DNA from: Dehalococcoidia bacterium | Lineage (GTDB): Bacteria; Chloroflexota; Dehalococcoidia; Bin125 | DNA: 64,000 bases | NCBI GenBank assembly: GCA_963662615.2 | Contig: CAXXSR010000002.1 | Span: 352,001 to 416,000 of the forward strand | Direction of reading: 5' to 3' | Shown here: in pieces, positions 37,970 to 47,643 of the stretch | Layout of the letters: the number at the start of each line of letters is the position of its first letter | Position numbering within the stretch: position 1 is the first letter of the stretch | The notes under the pieces: generated by a model | Told to the model about the DNA's origin: nothing | Database searches by the model: none | Seen by the model: only the letters and a program-made list of their open reading frames with translations | Position numbers and translations under genes: made by a program

Positions 37970-38707
37970 CTACCGACTCAGGCCCGTATGCAGCGCTTCA
38001 GCATGAGCCCGCGATTCCCAGACGTCGTCCAGCGGCTCCAACTCGCCCTCACCGTAACGCTGCTGGAGGGCGAGTTGAATCAGCCGATCGGCAAAGCGGG
38101 GGTTCTTGGGCAAGAGCGAGCCGTGCAGATAGGTGCCAAAGGCGTTGCGCACGCGCGCGCCTTCGGTGCCGTCGCCGCCGTTGTTGCCGTAGCCGGCCAC
38201 GACGTGGGCCAACGGCGCCAGGCCTTCGTTGAGGTAGGTGCGGCCGCCGTGGTTCTCGAAGCCCACCAGCGTCTCGCCTTCCCACAACGCCACCACGTTG
38301 CCCACACACCGCTCCGTGCCCGGACCGGGATGAACGGAGACGGCATCGAAGACGCCGGCGCCCGCCATCACCGCGCCGTCGCTGCCCCGGTAGGAGTTGC
38401 CGAAGAGCTGGTAGCCCCCACAGACGGCGAGAATCACGCGCTCCGCATCGCGATAGTCGCGCAACGCGCCCGCCTTCGTCTGGAGATCCTGCTGGATGCG
38501 GCGCTGCTCGCGGTCCTGACCGCCGCCAATCAAGACGATGTCCGTCGCCTCGGCGTCCCAGGCGTCGCCCACGCTCACGGTGCGCACCTCCAGGGCCACG
38601 TTGCGGGCGGCGCAACGCGCCCGCAGTGCCATCACGTTGCCGCGGTCGCCGTAGAGGTTCATCAGAGTGGGGTAGAAGTGCGCCAACCGCAGCGATCGCT
38701 CGGCCAC
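37970..38707 (-). CDS. gatD: GatD (CobQ-like) glutamine amidotransferase
   Basis: MNLYGDRGN, GGGQDREQ, CGGYQLFG, GFENHGGRT, YLHGSLLPKNP. Confidence 0.93.
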   Translation of the reverse strand: MAERSLRLAHFYPTLMNLYGDRGNVMALRARCAARNVALEVRTVSVGDAWDAEATDIVLIGGGQDREQRRIQQDLQTKAGALRDYRDAERVILAVCGGYQLFGNSYRGSDGAVMAGAGVFDAVSVHPGPGTERCVGNVVALWEGETLVGFENHGGRTYLNEGLAPLAHVVAGYGNNGGDGTEGARVRNAFGTYLHGSLLPKNPRFADRLIQLALQQRYGEGELEPLDDVWESRAHAEALHTGLSR

Positions 38708-40128
38708 TATGCCACCTCCCAGAAGCCACGCCCGCGCGCCATGCGGCCCAGGCGCGCGCGCACGTCAAGCAGGGCCGTGTAGGTGGGCAGCACGATCAGG
38801 GGCGCATCGCTCGGCAGGGCGGCGAATGCCTGTCGCAAGGCGTGTCCAACGTCATGGTGCAGCGGCTGCGACGGTTCCGGCAGGCCGGCGTAGCGCAGCC
38901 GCAGGGCCATGTCCGCCGCCCGCGCGCCGCCCAGCACCAGCGACTCCACGTACGGCGCCAGATCTTCCCAGTCCGTGTCCCAGATCCAGGAGATGTCCTT
39001 GCCGTCGGCGACGTCATCGTTGAGGAGCACGAGCAAGTGGTGGCGCGCGCGCGGCCGCGCGAGGGTGCGCAGCACCTCATTGAGCCCGGCGGGGTTCTTG
39101 CCCAGGAGAATCGTGACCGAGTGCCCATTGATGGTGAGCTCCTCCTGACGGCCGAACGGTGTGCGCACCGCAGACAGCGCCGGCCCGGCCGCGGCTGCGC
39201 CGATGCCGAGCGCCCTCGCCGCCGCCGCGGCGGCGAGGGCGTTGTAGACGTTGTAGAGGCCCCGCAGGGGCAGGAGGACGCGCTCTGGGGCGCGCTCTGT
39301 GGTGCCGCCGGCGTGGACCAGATCGAACGCCGCGCCGCGTCCGGCGTCGGACTGGGGATCGATGTTGAGGGCGTAGACAGACGGGCGCGGCCGCGTCGCT
39401 CCTCCAGCGGGGCCGCGCCAGTGGCCGAGGTGAGCGAAGAACCTGCGGTCGTACACGTAATCGGCGCCCGTCTCGGGATCCCAGAGAGCATCGGCCGCGT
39501 GATCGGCGGCGCGTTCTCCCGACATGGCCGCCGTTTCGTCCTCCACGCCGAACATCAGCGTTTGTCCGCGCGCGCCCGCCGCCAGCGTCGCCACGGAGGG
39601 GTCGTCGGCGTTGAGGACCAGCGTTGTCGTGTCGGGGAGCGCCGCGATCGTGCGCACCCAGCGCTCGCGCACCGCGTCGATCTCGCCGTATCGATCGAGC
39701 TGATCGCGGAGCAGATTGCCAATGATCAGCACACGCGGCGGGGCGGCCGCCACGGCGGCGGGCAGCGTCGCCTCGTCGATCTCGAAAACGCCCAGGCAGT
39801 GGCGTGGGAGGCGGCCTGAGGGAGCCGCGGCCTCGATCAGCGCCGCCGCCATCCCGCGCATGAGGTTGGAGCCGGCGCGATTGTGCACCAGCGGGTGGCC
39901 GGCGGCCACGACGATGGCCGCCAGCATGCGGGCGGTGGTGGTCTTGCCGTTGGTCCCCGTCACCAGGACCAGATCGTCGAGCTGTCCGGCGAGGCGGCGC
40001 ACGACGTCGGGGTCAATCCGCTCGGCTACGAGGCCGGGGAGAGCGGTGCCGCCGCTGCCCAGGGCGCGGACGGCGCCGCGCGCGACCTTCCCGGCGATCA
40101 CGGCTGCCTGCGTACGGGGTGCGAGCAT
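38707..40128 (-). CDS. murT: MurT ligase (Mur ligase plus DUF1727)
   Basis: GGTALPG, TGTNGKTTT, GSN, EIDE, RDQLDRYGE, FGRQE, KNPAG, NDDVADGKDISWIWD, PTYTALL. Confidence 0.93.
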   Translation of the reverse strand: MLAPRTQAAVIAGKVARGAVRALGSGGTALPGLVAERIDPDVVRRLAGQLDDLVLVTGTNGKTTTARMLAAIVVAAGHPLVHNRAGSNLMRGMAAALIEAAAPSGRLPRHCLGVFEIDEATLPAAVAAAPPRVLIIGNLLRDQLDRYGEIDAVRERWVRTIAALPDTTTLVLNADDPSVATLAAGARGQTLMFGVEDETAAMSGERAADHAADALWDPETGADYVYDRRFFAHLGHWRGPAGGATRPRPSVYALNIDPQSDAGRGAAFDLVHAGGTTERAPERVLLPLRGLYNVYNALAAAAAARALGIGAAAAGPALSAVRTPFGRQEELTINGHSVTILLGKNPAGLNEVLRTLARPRARHHLLVLLNDDVADGKDISWIWDTDWEDLAPYVESLVLGGARAADMALRLRYAGLPEPSQPLHHDVGHALRQAFAALPSDAPLIVLPTYTALLDVRARLGRMARGRGFWEVA

Positions 40129-40129
40129 G

Positions 40130-41281
40130 CTATCCCGCCGCCGGCGCGCTCCCAGCCTTGCTCAGTGCCTGTATCACCTGGTCCAGCCCAATCAGACCCA
40201 ACAACTTGCCGTTCTCCACTACGGGCAGCACAGCAATCCGCTCACGCTGGAGCCGCTGCAGCGCCTCCTGCCCCGAGGCGCCCGGCGCGATAGGCGAGAT
40301 GGCGTCGGCGGGGACCATGACGTCGCTCATGCGGACGGTGGCGTAGCGCTGCTCGTCCAGCAACACGAGCGCGGCGCCGGAGACGAGGCCCACGACGGTC
40401 TCATCGCGCGTGACGAGAAAGGCGGCGCGGGCGTCAAGGCGGTCGCGCTGGGGCGCGAGCCAGCGCACCTGCGTCTCCGCGTCAACAGAGCGCAGCTGCG
40501 TGGACATGACGTCGCGCACGCGAATGGAGGCCAGGCGCTCTTCCGCTTGCACGCTGCGCAGGCTCTGGGCCGCGGCATTGAACAAGAAGGCGCCAATAAG
40601 AATCGCCCAGATGCCGCCGAAGCGGTCGGAGGCGAAGCCCAGGTCGAAGTTGAGGAGGGTCAGCAGTCCGTAGCCGGCCATCAAGGCGCCGACGCCTTGC
40701 CCCACTCGCGCGGCCCAGCGGGTCGCGCGGAGCCGCGAACCGGTGAGGGCCCACAGCCCCGCGCGGAAGACGCGGCCGCCGTCAAGCGGGAAGCCGGGGA
40801 TCATGTTGAAGGCGGCGAGAAGGAAGTTGATGAAGCCCAAGTATCCCAGCAGCGTGGCGAGCGGCGTCGTGCCTGCCCCGAGCGCCAGGAACAGCCCGAA
40901 GAACAGGAGCCCGAGCAGCGCACTGGTCAGCGGCCCCACGACGGCGATGAGGAACTCCTGCGAGGGACGCTTGGAATCCTCGGTGATCTGAGAGACGCCG
41001 CCCAACAAGAACAACGTGATGCTGGCGACGGACATGCCGTACAGACGCGCCGTGACGCTGTGCGCCAGTTCGTGCAGCAGCAGCGTGACGAAGAAGATGA
41101 CCGCGCCGGCGGCGGCCAGCCCCCACGCCGTCGCGTCGGACGGCTCCGGCTCAATCCTGTCCGCGAAGATGTCGCTAAGAATGAACGTGATCAGCGCCAG
41201 AGAGATGAAGAAGCTGAAATCCAGGATGATGGGGATGCCGAAGATCTTCCCCAGTTGGAAACCGCCCCCGGTTCGCAGCAT
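40130..41281 (-). CDS. Site-2 protease (M50) with CBS domains
   Basis: HELAH, GP, FNMIPGFPLDGGR, C-terminal CBS pair. Confidence 0.93.
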   Translation of the reverse strand: MLRTGGGFQLGKIFGIPIILDFSFFISLALITFILSDIFADRIEPEPSDATAWGLAAAGAVIFFVTLLLHELAHSVTARLYGMSVASITLFLLGGVSQITEDSKRPSQEFLIAVVGPLTSALLGLLFFGLFLALGAGTTPLATLLGYLGFINFLLAAFNMIPGFPLDGGRVFRAGLWALTGSRLRATRWAARVGQGVGALMAGYGLLTLLNFDLGFASDRFGGIWAILIGAFLFNAAAQSLRSVQAEERLASIRVRDVMSTQLRSVDAETQVRWLAPQRDRLDARAAFLVTRDETVVGLVSGAALVLLDEQRYATVRMSDVMVPADAISPIAPGASGQEALQRLQRERIAVLPVVENGKLLGLIGLDQVIQALSKAGSAPAAG

Positions 41282-41374
41282 GGCGAACCCCCTCTCGATC
41301 AATAGTACGACGCTGTGGGGGGGTTTGGGTTCCGTCCCGGCCGGCGGCCGGGCGGGGCCGTGTTGGCCCCCGCC

Positions 41375-42556
41375 CTAGCCCCGTGGCATCAGGTGCAGGA
41401 ACTCCGGTTTCAACTGGACAGCCGGAGTCCGGCGACGGTCCAGGCCCAGGCGGTAGTAGGCGTATGCGGGCAGCTCCAGGCGCAGCGGCGCCGGCGTGGA
41501 CGCCGCGAGCGGCTGCAGCTCCAGCCGCACGGTCTCGCGGCCCATCTCCTGACGCAGCGTGCGGCAGGGAATCACATTGGACCGGCCCTCGCCGCCGGGC
41601 GGCGCCGCGGCCAGCTCGCCCTGCTCCTTCAGAACCATGACCTGCGATGCGGCGATGGCCAGGTCCACGGGCTCGCCTGGGGCCGGCCGCGGCTGCGGAG
41701 GCAGGGCGACTTGAAGAGCGATGGGCCCCCACTCCACGACCATGGAGCCGGGGGGGCCGTCGCCGCGGACGCGGGCGGAGAGAACGTTCTCGATGCCCAC
41801 GAGCTGCGCCACCCGCCGCGAGGCCGGACGCGCGAAGACCTCTTCCCGCGGGCCGATCTGGAGCAGGCGGCCCGCGTCCAGCACGGCGATCCGGTCCGCC
41901 AAGGCGAAGGCTTCGTCGACGTCGTGAGTGACGAGCACCACGGGGAGGCCGCGCTGCTCATGGAGACGGCGCAACTCCGCGCCCAGCGCGCGGCGGGTGG
42001 GCCCGTCCAGCGCCGTGAACGGCTCGTCCAGGAGAAGGAGTCGTGGCGCCACCGCGAGCGCGCGCGCCAGCGCGACCCGCTGCCGCTGCCCACTCGAAAG
42101 TTGCCCCGGCCGGCGATCGCCCAAGTCCCGCAACTGCATCAGGGAGAGGAGACGCCGCGCAACCGACTCACGCTCGCGCCGCGACCGCCCACGCAGCCCG
42201 TAGGTCACGTTCTCGGTGACGGAAAGATGAGAGAACAGGCCGAGCGACTGCGGCACGTAGCCCAGCCGCCGGTCTTGCGGCTTGACGCGGATGCCGCGGC
42301 GGGCGTCAAACAAGACCGTCTCGCGATCCCCATCGACGATGGTGATGCGACCCCCGGCCCCGGAGCGGCCGTGTGACCGGTCGACGCCGGCGAGCGCCTG
42401 CAAGGTGAGGCTCTTGCCGGCGCCGCTGGGGCCGAACAGGACCAGCACTTCCCGGCCCAATGTGAAGCGCACGGCGAGGCTGAAACCGGGCAGAGCGCGC
42501 ACGATGTCGGCGTGGAGCTGGAGGTCTGGTGTCGCGGGAGGAGTCGGGTCAGCCAT
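41375..42556 (-). CDS. modC: Molybdate ABC transporter ATP-binding protein
   Basis: FGPSGAGKS, LSSGQRQR, LLDEPF, VTHD, C-terminal TOBE-like region. Confidence 0.9.
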   Translation of the reverse strand: MADPTPPATPDLQLHADIVRALPGFSLAVRFTLGREVLVLFGPSGAGKSLTLQALAGVDRSHGRSGAGGRITIVDGDRETVLFDARRGIRVKPQDRRLGYVPQSLGLFSHLSVTENVTYGLRGRSRRERESVARRLLSLMQLRDLGDRRPGQLSSGQRQRVALARALAVAPRLLLLDEPFTALDGPTRRALGAELRRLHEQRGLPVVLVTHDVDEAFALADRIAVLDAGRLLQIGPREEVFARPASRRVAQLVGIENVLSARVRGDGPPGSMVVEWGPIALQVALPPQPRPAPGEPVDLAIAASQVMVLKEQGELAAAPPGGEGRSNVIPCRTLRQEMGRETVRLELQPLAASTPAPLRLELPAYAYYRLGLDRRRTPAVQLKPEFLHLMPRG

Positions 42557-43412
42557 TGGCGCCCTCCAACCCCACTCCCGCCCGCATGGGGCTGCGGCGC
42601 AAGAGCACCTTCAAGACGAAAAGTACCGCGAAGGACACGATCACCAGGAGAGCGCTGAGCACCAGGGCCGCGTCCAGGTCCGTTTGCAGCGCGTCGTAGA
42701 TCGCCAGGGGCACGGTCTCGGTCACGCCGAGGAGGCTGCCGGCGAACATGATCGTGGCGCCGAACTCCGCGAGCGCGCGCGCCCAGGTCATGACGATGCC
42801 GCCCAGCAGCGCCGGCGCCGCCAGCGGAACGGTGACACGGAAAAACGTGCGCAACTCTCCCTCACCCAGAGTGTGGGAGACGCGCTCGACCTCGGGGTCG
42901 ACGGACTCGAAGCCGGCCTTGGCGGCCTTGATGTAGAAGGGAGAGGCGACGAACAGCTGGGCCAACACGACCGCGGTCGCCGTGAAGGCCACGTTCACGC
43001 CGGCGTCGTCGATGAGCCCGCCCAGGAGGCCGTTGCGTCCGAAGGTGAACAGCAGGGCGATGCCGGCCACGGCGGGCGGCAGGACCAGGGGCAGGTCGAG
43101 CAGCGTGTCCAGCAGGACCGCGCCCCGAAAACGGCGGCGCGCCAGCACGTACGCCAGCGGCGTTCCCAGTGCCAGGGTGATGCCGACGGTGATCGCGGTC
43201 GTGACGAGCGAGAGCCGCAGCGCCTCCGTCACGACGGGATCGTTGATGGTGCGCCAGGCGCCGTCACCCGGGATCACTTCGGCGAAGAGGGCGATGATCG
43301 GCAAGATCAGGAACAGCACCAGCGCCGCCCCGCTGGTCCAGAGGAGTCCGCGACCAATCGGCGCGATCCCGGCTCGGGGCAGAGCCGGGAGGCGGGGCGG
43401 CGCCAGCCTCAT
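42549..43412 (-). CDS. modB: Molybdate ABC transporter permease
   Basis: LPLVLPPAVAG, ARALAEFGATIMFAG. Confidence 0.92.
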   Translation of the reverse strand: MRLAPPRLPALPRAGIAPIGRGLLWTSGAALVLFLILPIIALFAEVIPGDGAWRTINDPVVTEALRLSLVTTAITVGITLALGTPLAYVLARRRFRGAVLLDTLLDLPLVLPPAVAGIALLFTFGRNGLLGGLIDDAGVNVAFTATAVVLAQLFVASPFYIKAAKAGFESVDPEVERVSHTLGEGELRTFFRVTVPLAAPALLGGIVMTWARALAEFGATIMFAGSLLGVTETVPLAIYDALQTDLDAALVLSALLVIVSFAVLFVLKVLLRRSPMRAGVGLEGANG

Positions 43413-44245
43413 CCCTCTCCCCCCTCATCCGGCAGCGGCAGGAATCCCGCCTGCGTGAGGATCGCCACGGCCTCATCCGAGCGCACGAAGTCCATGAATG
43501 CCCGTGCCAGAGCAGGGTCGTCCGTCTGGGTCGTGGGCGTCATCTCGTAGCGGTTCACCAGGGCCGGACCCGGCAAGCGGAGCTGCACGACCGCGTCAGC
43601 GGCGGCAAGCGCGTCCGTTCGATAGACGAAGCCGGCATCCGCTTCGCCCGAGATCACCTTCGTCAGCACCGCGCGCACGTTGTCTTCCTCCGAAACCAGG
43701 GAAGCGAGCACGGCCTCCACCATCCCCAGCCGCTCCAGCTCCAGCCGCGTCAACCGGCCCGCAGGGACCGCGGGCGCAGCGATGACAAGGCGTACGCGCC
43801 GCCCGGCGAGATCGTGCACGCTCTGAAGGCCGGCCGGATTCGACGCGGGCGTGACCAAGGTGATGCTAGCGCCGGCGAAGCTGACGGGCGCCGGCAGAAC
43901 GACGCCCGCATCGACGGCGCGATTCATCTGCTGCGAATCCGCCGAGGCGAAGATATCGGCCCTGGCTCCTTGCTCTAATTGGAACCGCAGCCGCTGTGAG
44001 CCACCAAAGTCGAAGCGCACGTCCGTGTCCGGATGTTGCGCCTGGAATCGCGCGCCGATCTCCCCAAACACGTCGGTCAGAGAGGACGCTGCGAAGACGG
44101 TGAGGGTACGCGAGTCGCCTCCGCACGCGGTCAGCAAGAGCGCGACCGCCAACCCCAGCGCCAGCGTTCGCCAAGGCACGGCCGGGAGGCCCGGCGGATT
44201 GACGATGCGCGTCTCCCAGAGAGCGAAGCAGACGGCGCGGAGCAT
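43409..44245 (-). CDS. modA: Molybdate ABC transporter substrate-binding lipoprotein
   Basis: Lipobox LLTAC, VFAASSL, FGGS..L..Q...GA.AD.FASA, VPAG, GEADAGFVY.TD. Confidence 0.92.
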   Translation of the reverse strand: MLRAVCFALWETRIVNPPGLPAVPWRTLALGLAVALLLTACGGDSRTLTVFAASSLTDVFGEIGARFQAQHPDTDVRFDFGGSQRLRFQLEQGARADIFASADSQQMNRAVDAGVVLPAPVSFAGASITLVTPASNPAGLQSVHDLAGRRVRLVIAAPAVPAGRLTRLELERLGMVEAVLASLVSEEDNVRAVLTKVISGEADAGFVYRTDALAAADAVVQLRLPGPALVNRYEMTPTTQTDDPALARAFMDFVRSDEAVAILTQAGFLPLPDEGGEG

Positions 44246-44287
44246 GTGCCTCAGCTCACGCGCTCAAACGCGGATTGAGAGGGAAGG

Positions 44288-44491
44288 TCAGCTCTTGTCC
44301 TCTGTGGAGTCCTTGCCCGAGGAGGAGGCGGAGCCGGCCTCTTGCTCGCCCTCGTCGATGGGCTTGCGCGTCTCCTGCCGGAACTCCCGAATACTTTGTC
44401 CCAGCGCCTTCCCCACGCCCGAGAGGCGGCCTACGCCAAAGAGAACGAGCACCAGCACCCCGATGATGATCCATTCCGTTGGACCACCCAT
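44288..44491 (-). CDS. tatA: Twin-arginine translocase TatA/E
   Basis: GPTEWIII....LVLFG..RL...GKALGQSIREFR. Confidence 0.93.
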   Translation of the reverse strand: MGGPTEWIIIGVLVLVLFGVGRLSGVGKALGQSIREFRQETRKPIDEGEQEAGSASSSGKDSTEDKS

Positions 44492-44671
44492 CTCGCCTTC
44501 TCCTACGCCAAGTGGCGGAACCGAGGCTCCACGCGCCGTCGAGCGCCCCCGAGCCTACGTTTGTGGGGGGGGTCTCCCCGCTTGGCGCCCCGAGTGTATC
44601 AGCGCCGGGGGTCGCCTGCTAGACACGTTATCGGCACCCAAAGCGCCGCAGGTGTGGGGGGCTGGGTGGGA

Positions 44672-45007
44672 TCAGGCGTCGCCGTCGCTGACCCGCTCCA
44701 CGAAGACACGCATGATGCCGCCGCAGATCTTGTCCTCGCCATCGACGGGCTCGGTCAAGTCCACGCCGACGATACGCGGGCGGCCGTCTTCCAGGGTCGC
44801 CATGGCGTCCTGCCAGACCTCCGCCTCACCGCAGCCACCGCCAATGGTGCCCACGAAGGAGCCGTCTTGCCGGACCACCATCTTGGCGCCGGTCTTGCGG
44901 GGAGTGCTGCCGAGCGTTTGAGCCACCGTCGCCAGGACGACCGCCTCGCCGGAGGCGAGCGCCTTCCCGATCTCCGCGTAGACTTCGTCGCGGGCCACGA
45001 CCGTCAC
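44672..45007 (-). CDS. Small XdhC/CoxI-domain protein
   Basis: ATV....GSTPR..GAKM.V...G...GTIGGGC.E...CGG. Confidence 0.88.
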   Translation of the reverse strand: MTVVARDEVYAEIGKALASGEAVVLATVAQTLGSTPRKTGAKMVVRQDGSFVGTIGGGCGEAEVWQDAMATLEDGRPRIVGVDLTEPVDGEDKICGGIMRVFVERVSDGDA

Positions 45008-45073
45008 CTCGTCTCGTCGTCAGTATAGGTCGCGTGCGGCGTCTCGCTCTGTAACACCGCTGCCGCCACCGAC

Positions 45074-45931
45074 TCAGCCGCCGGCCAGTTCACGGCCGTG
45101 CCCGGAGAGCGGCCGCCCGCTGCCCCCGCGCCGGACCAACACCATCTCTGCCAGCAGGGACAGCGCGATCTCTTCCGGTGTCTCGGCGCCGATGTCCAGC
45201 CCAATGGGGGTGAAGACGCGCGCCAGGGCGTCCGCAGCCACGCCCTCTTCACGCAGATGCTCCAACACCGTGCGCGTCCGTCGCTTGCTGCCGATCATGC
45301 CCACGTAGGCCGCGCCGCGCTCCACGACATGCTTGAGGCTGAGTTCGTCCACGATGTGCCCGCGCGAGACGAGGACGATGTACGTGTTGGAGGTGATCGG
45401 GAAGCGGGCCAGCTCCTCGGCGAAATCGCCGCAGATGACCGTGTCGGCGAAGGGGAAGCGCTGCGGATTGGCGTAGTCCTCGCGGTCGTCCAGGACGGCG
45501 ACGCTCATGCCCAGGATCGCCCCGATCTCGCCCACGGCGCGGCCGACGTGGCCGCCCCCCACCACCAGCAGCACGGGGGACGGCTCCACCACCTCCAACA
45601 TGACCTCCACCACGGCGGGCGCCGCCTCCACCGCGCGGCGCCCTTCCAGCCGCTCCCCGCGTGGCGTAAAGGCGTATGTCTCCACCGCGTGGTGCGGGAT
45701 GGCCGCGCCTGCGGTTTCGCGGACGGCGGCTTCAAGGGGGCCGCCACCCAACCCGCCCAGGACGCGCCCGTCGGCGTAGACGAGCATCTTCCCGCCGGGG
45801 CGCAGCGCCCCAGCGCCGGCCCCGTCCGGCGCCGCGATCACGGTGCAACTCACGACGGGCGGCCCCTCGCGGCTGGCGCGCAAGATCTCTTGCGCCATCC
45901 GGCTCTGGGGGCTCTGGGCGTCCGTGCTCAT
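45074..45931 (-). CDS. XdhC family Moco-insertion accessory protein
   Basis: GGLGGG.LE, GGGHVG, DDR, SRGH..D, YVGMIGSKRR, PIGLDIGAETPEEIA. Confidence 0.9.
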   Translation of the reverse strand: MSTDAQSPQSRMAQEILRASREGPPVVSCTVIAAPDGAGAGALRPGGKMLVYADGRVLGGLGGGPLEAAVRETAGAAIPHHAVETYAFTPRGERLEGRRAVEAAPAVVEVMLEVVEPSPVLLVVGGGHVGRAVGEIGAILGMSVAVLDDREDYANPQRFPFADTVICGDFAEELARFPITSNTYIVLVSRGHIVDELSLKHVVERGAAYVGMIGSKRRTRTVLEHLREEGVAADALARVFTPIGLDIGAETPEEIALSLLAEMVLVRRGGSGRPLSGHGRELAGG

Positions 45932-46011
45932 GGTGACCCGAGCATAGTGGCGGCCCCGTGGGATCGGAAAGGACCGCCGCAGGGGTTTGTCGCAGCGGCA
46001 GGTTCTGCTGG

Positions 46012-47103
46012 TTAGACGTTGAAGAGGATGTGGAGCACGTCGCCGTCCTGCACGACGTAGTCTTTGCCTTCCGTGCGCAGGAGGGCACGCTTGCGCGCCT
46101 CCGCGTCCGTCCCCGCTTCGATGAGGTCTCGCCAATTGATCACGTCCGTGCGAATGAAGCCACGCGCCATGTCGCTGTGGATCCGCCCGGCGGCCTGCTG
46201 GGCATTCGCGCCCTCATCCAGGGTCCAGGCGTGACACTCGCGGGAGCGGGTCGTGAAGAAAGTGATCAGCCCCAAGATCTGGTGCGACAGTCGCACAGCC
46301 AGCTCCAGCGCGCCCTCGGTCGCGCCGACCGATCGGCGGTACTCGGCGGCCTCCCCGGCCGAGAGGGAGCGCAGCTCCATCTCCAGCGACGCGCACACCG
46401 CCGCGATCGCCGTGCCCGGCGGCTCCTGGGCGGGGCGGTAGGCTGCGGCGATCTCTGCGGCGCGAGCGGCGTCGCCCTCGTCGATGTTAAGGAGGGTCAG
46501 CAGGGGACGATCGGTGAGGAAGCGGTACTGGCGAAGCGCTTTGCGCTCGTCCGGGCTGAGCGGTTGGGCGCGCACGGCGACGCCGTCACTCAGCTGGGAT
46601 TCGAGCCGGCGCAGAAGGGCAGCTTCCCGTTCCGGCGCCTCGCGTTCCGACGCCTTCAGGGCTTTCGAGTCCGTGGCGATGCGGCCCAGCCGTTTCTGCG
46701 CCAGTGCGAGATCGGCGAACGTCAACTCCAGCGCCATGGCCTCAATATCGCGCGCCGGGTCGATGTCGCCGTGGGGATGCGGCGCGACTTCATTCTCGAA
46801 GGCGCGCACGACGTGGATGAGGCCGTCCATTCCGCTCAGCCGGCTGAGAAATTCCGCCTCCGGCTCTTGGCCCTCGCGAAAGCCGGCGCCGGGAAAGTCC
46901 ACGTATTCCATCTCCGCGGGGACGCTCTTCTTGGGGCGCAGGTGGGCGCTGAGCTGGTCCAGCCGAGAATCCGGCACTTTGACCACGCCCACGTGCGGCT
47001 TCAGATGCGTGGCGAAGCCCACGGGGTGATCCGATCCCGTGACGGCATTCAGCAGCGATGTCTTGCCGCTGCGCTCGACGCCGATGATTCCGAGTGCTGG
47101 CAC
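46012..47103 (-). CDS. YchF-like (Obg family) ATPase, divergent
   Basis: V.VPD.RLD.L, DFPG, VVRAF, LITFFT, AG.IHSD..RGFI, EGKDYVVQDGD; P-loop GVERSGKT. Confidence 0.88.
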   Translation of the reverse strand: MPALGIIGVERSGKTSLLNAVTGSDHPVGFATHLKPHVGVVKVPDSRLDQLSAHLRPKKSVPAEMEYVDFPGAGFREGQEPEAEFLSRLSGMDGLIHVVRAFENEVAPHPHGDIDPARDIEAMALELTFADLALAQKRLGRIATDSKALKASEREAPEREAALLRRLESQLSDGVAVRAQPLSPDERKALRQYRFLTDRPLLTLLNIDEGDAARAAEIAAAYRPAQEPPGTAIAAVCASLEMELRSLSAGEAAEYRRSVGATEGALELAVRLSHQILGLITFFTTRSRECHAWTLDEGANAQQAAGRIHSDMARGFIRTDVINWRDLIEAGTDAEARKRALLRTEGKDYVVQDGDVLHILFNV

Positions 47104-47133
47104 CGCCGGTCCTTGCCGCTGTCGAAGCGCCGG

Positions 47134-47643
47134 TTACCGCTCCCCGCCCGACGACGCCTGGCGGCGTTGCAGAGCGTCCAGGTCCAGCTCCATCAGGCCG
47201 GCGCCGGCGTGGGGCCATTTCTCCGTGGCGACGGTCAGCGCGTCGATGGAGCTGCGCAGCGTCTCCCAGGCGCATTGCGCCCGCGCCTCCGGCAGCAGCC
47301 TCCAGACGTGCGAGCGATGCCCAGGCGAGAGTTCGCACTGCGCCTGCCGGTCCGCCTCCGCCATAAAGGTGGGCACCAGATACACGGTATCGTTCTCCGG
47401 GTTGTAGAAGGTTTCCACCTCAAAGAGGCGGAACCAACGGCGCGGCTGTAGCGCCGTTTCCTCCCGGACCTCGCGCAGCGCCGCCTGCCAGGCCGTCTCG
47501 CCCTCCTCAATGTGCCCGTGGACCGCCTGCCAATCGCCGGGGAAGGTGTAGTCCTGGGGGCGTTGGAGGAGGAGCAGCTCGATCCCGCGCTGGCCCTCGC
47601 GGACGACGTAAACGCTCACCAGATTCGCTTTGAGCTGCGCCAT
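47134..47643 (-). CDS. NUDIX hydrolase (NudB-like)
   Basis: LLLQR...WQAVHG.IE.GET..QAA.RE..EET Nudix box. Confidence 0.9.
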   Translation of the reverse strand: MAQLKANLVSVYVVREGQRGIELLLLQRPQDYTFPGDWQAVHGHIEEGETAWQAALREVREETALQPRRWFRLFEVETFYNPENDTVYLVPTFMAEADRQAQCELSPGHRSHVWRLLPEARAQCAWETLRSSIDALTVATEKWPHAGAGLMELDLDALQRRQASSGGER

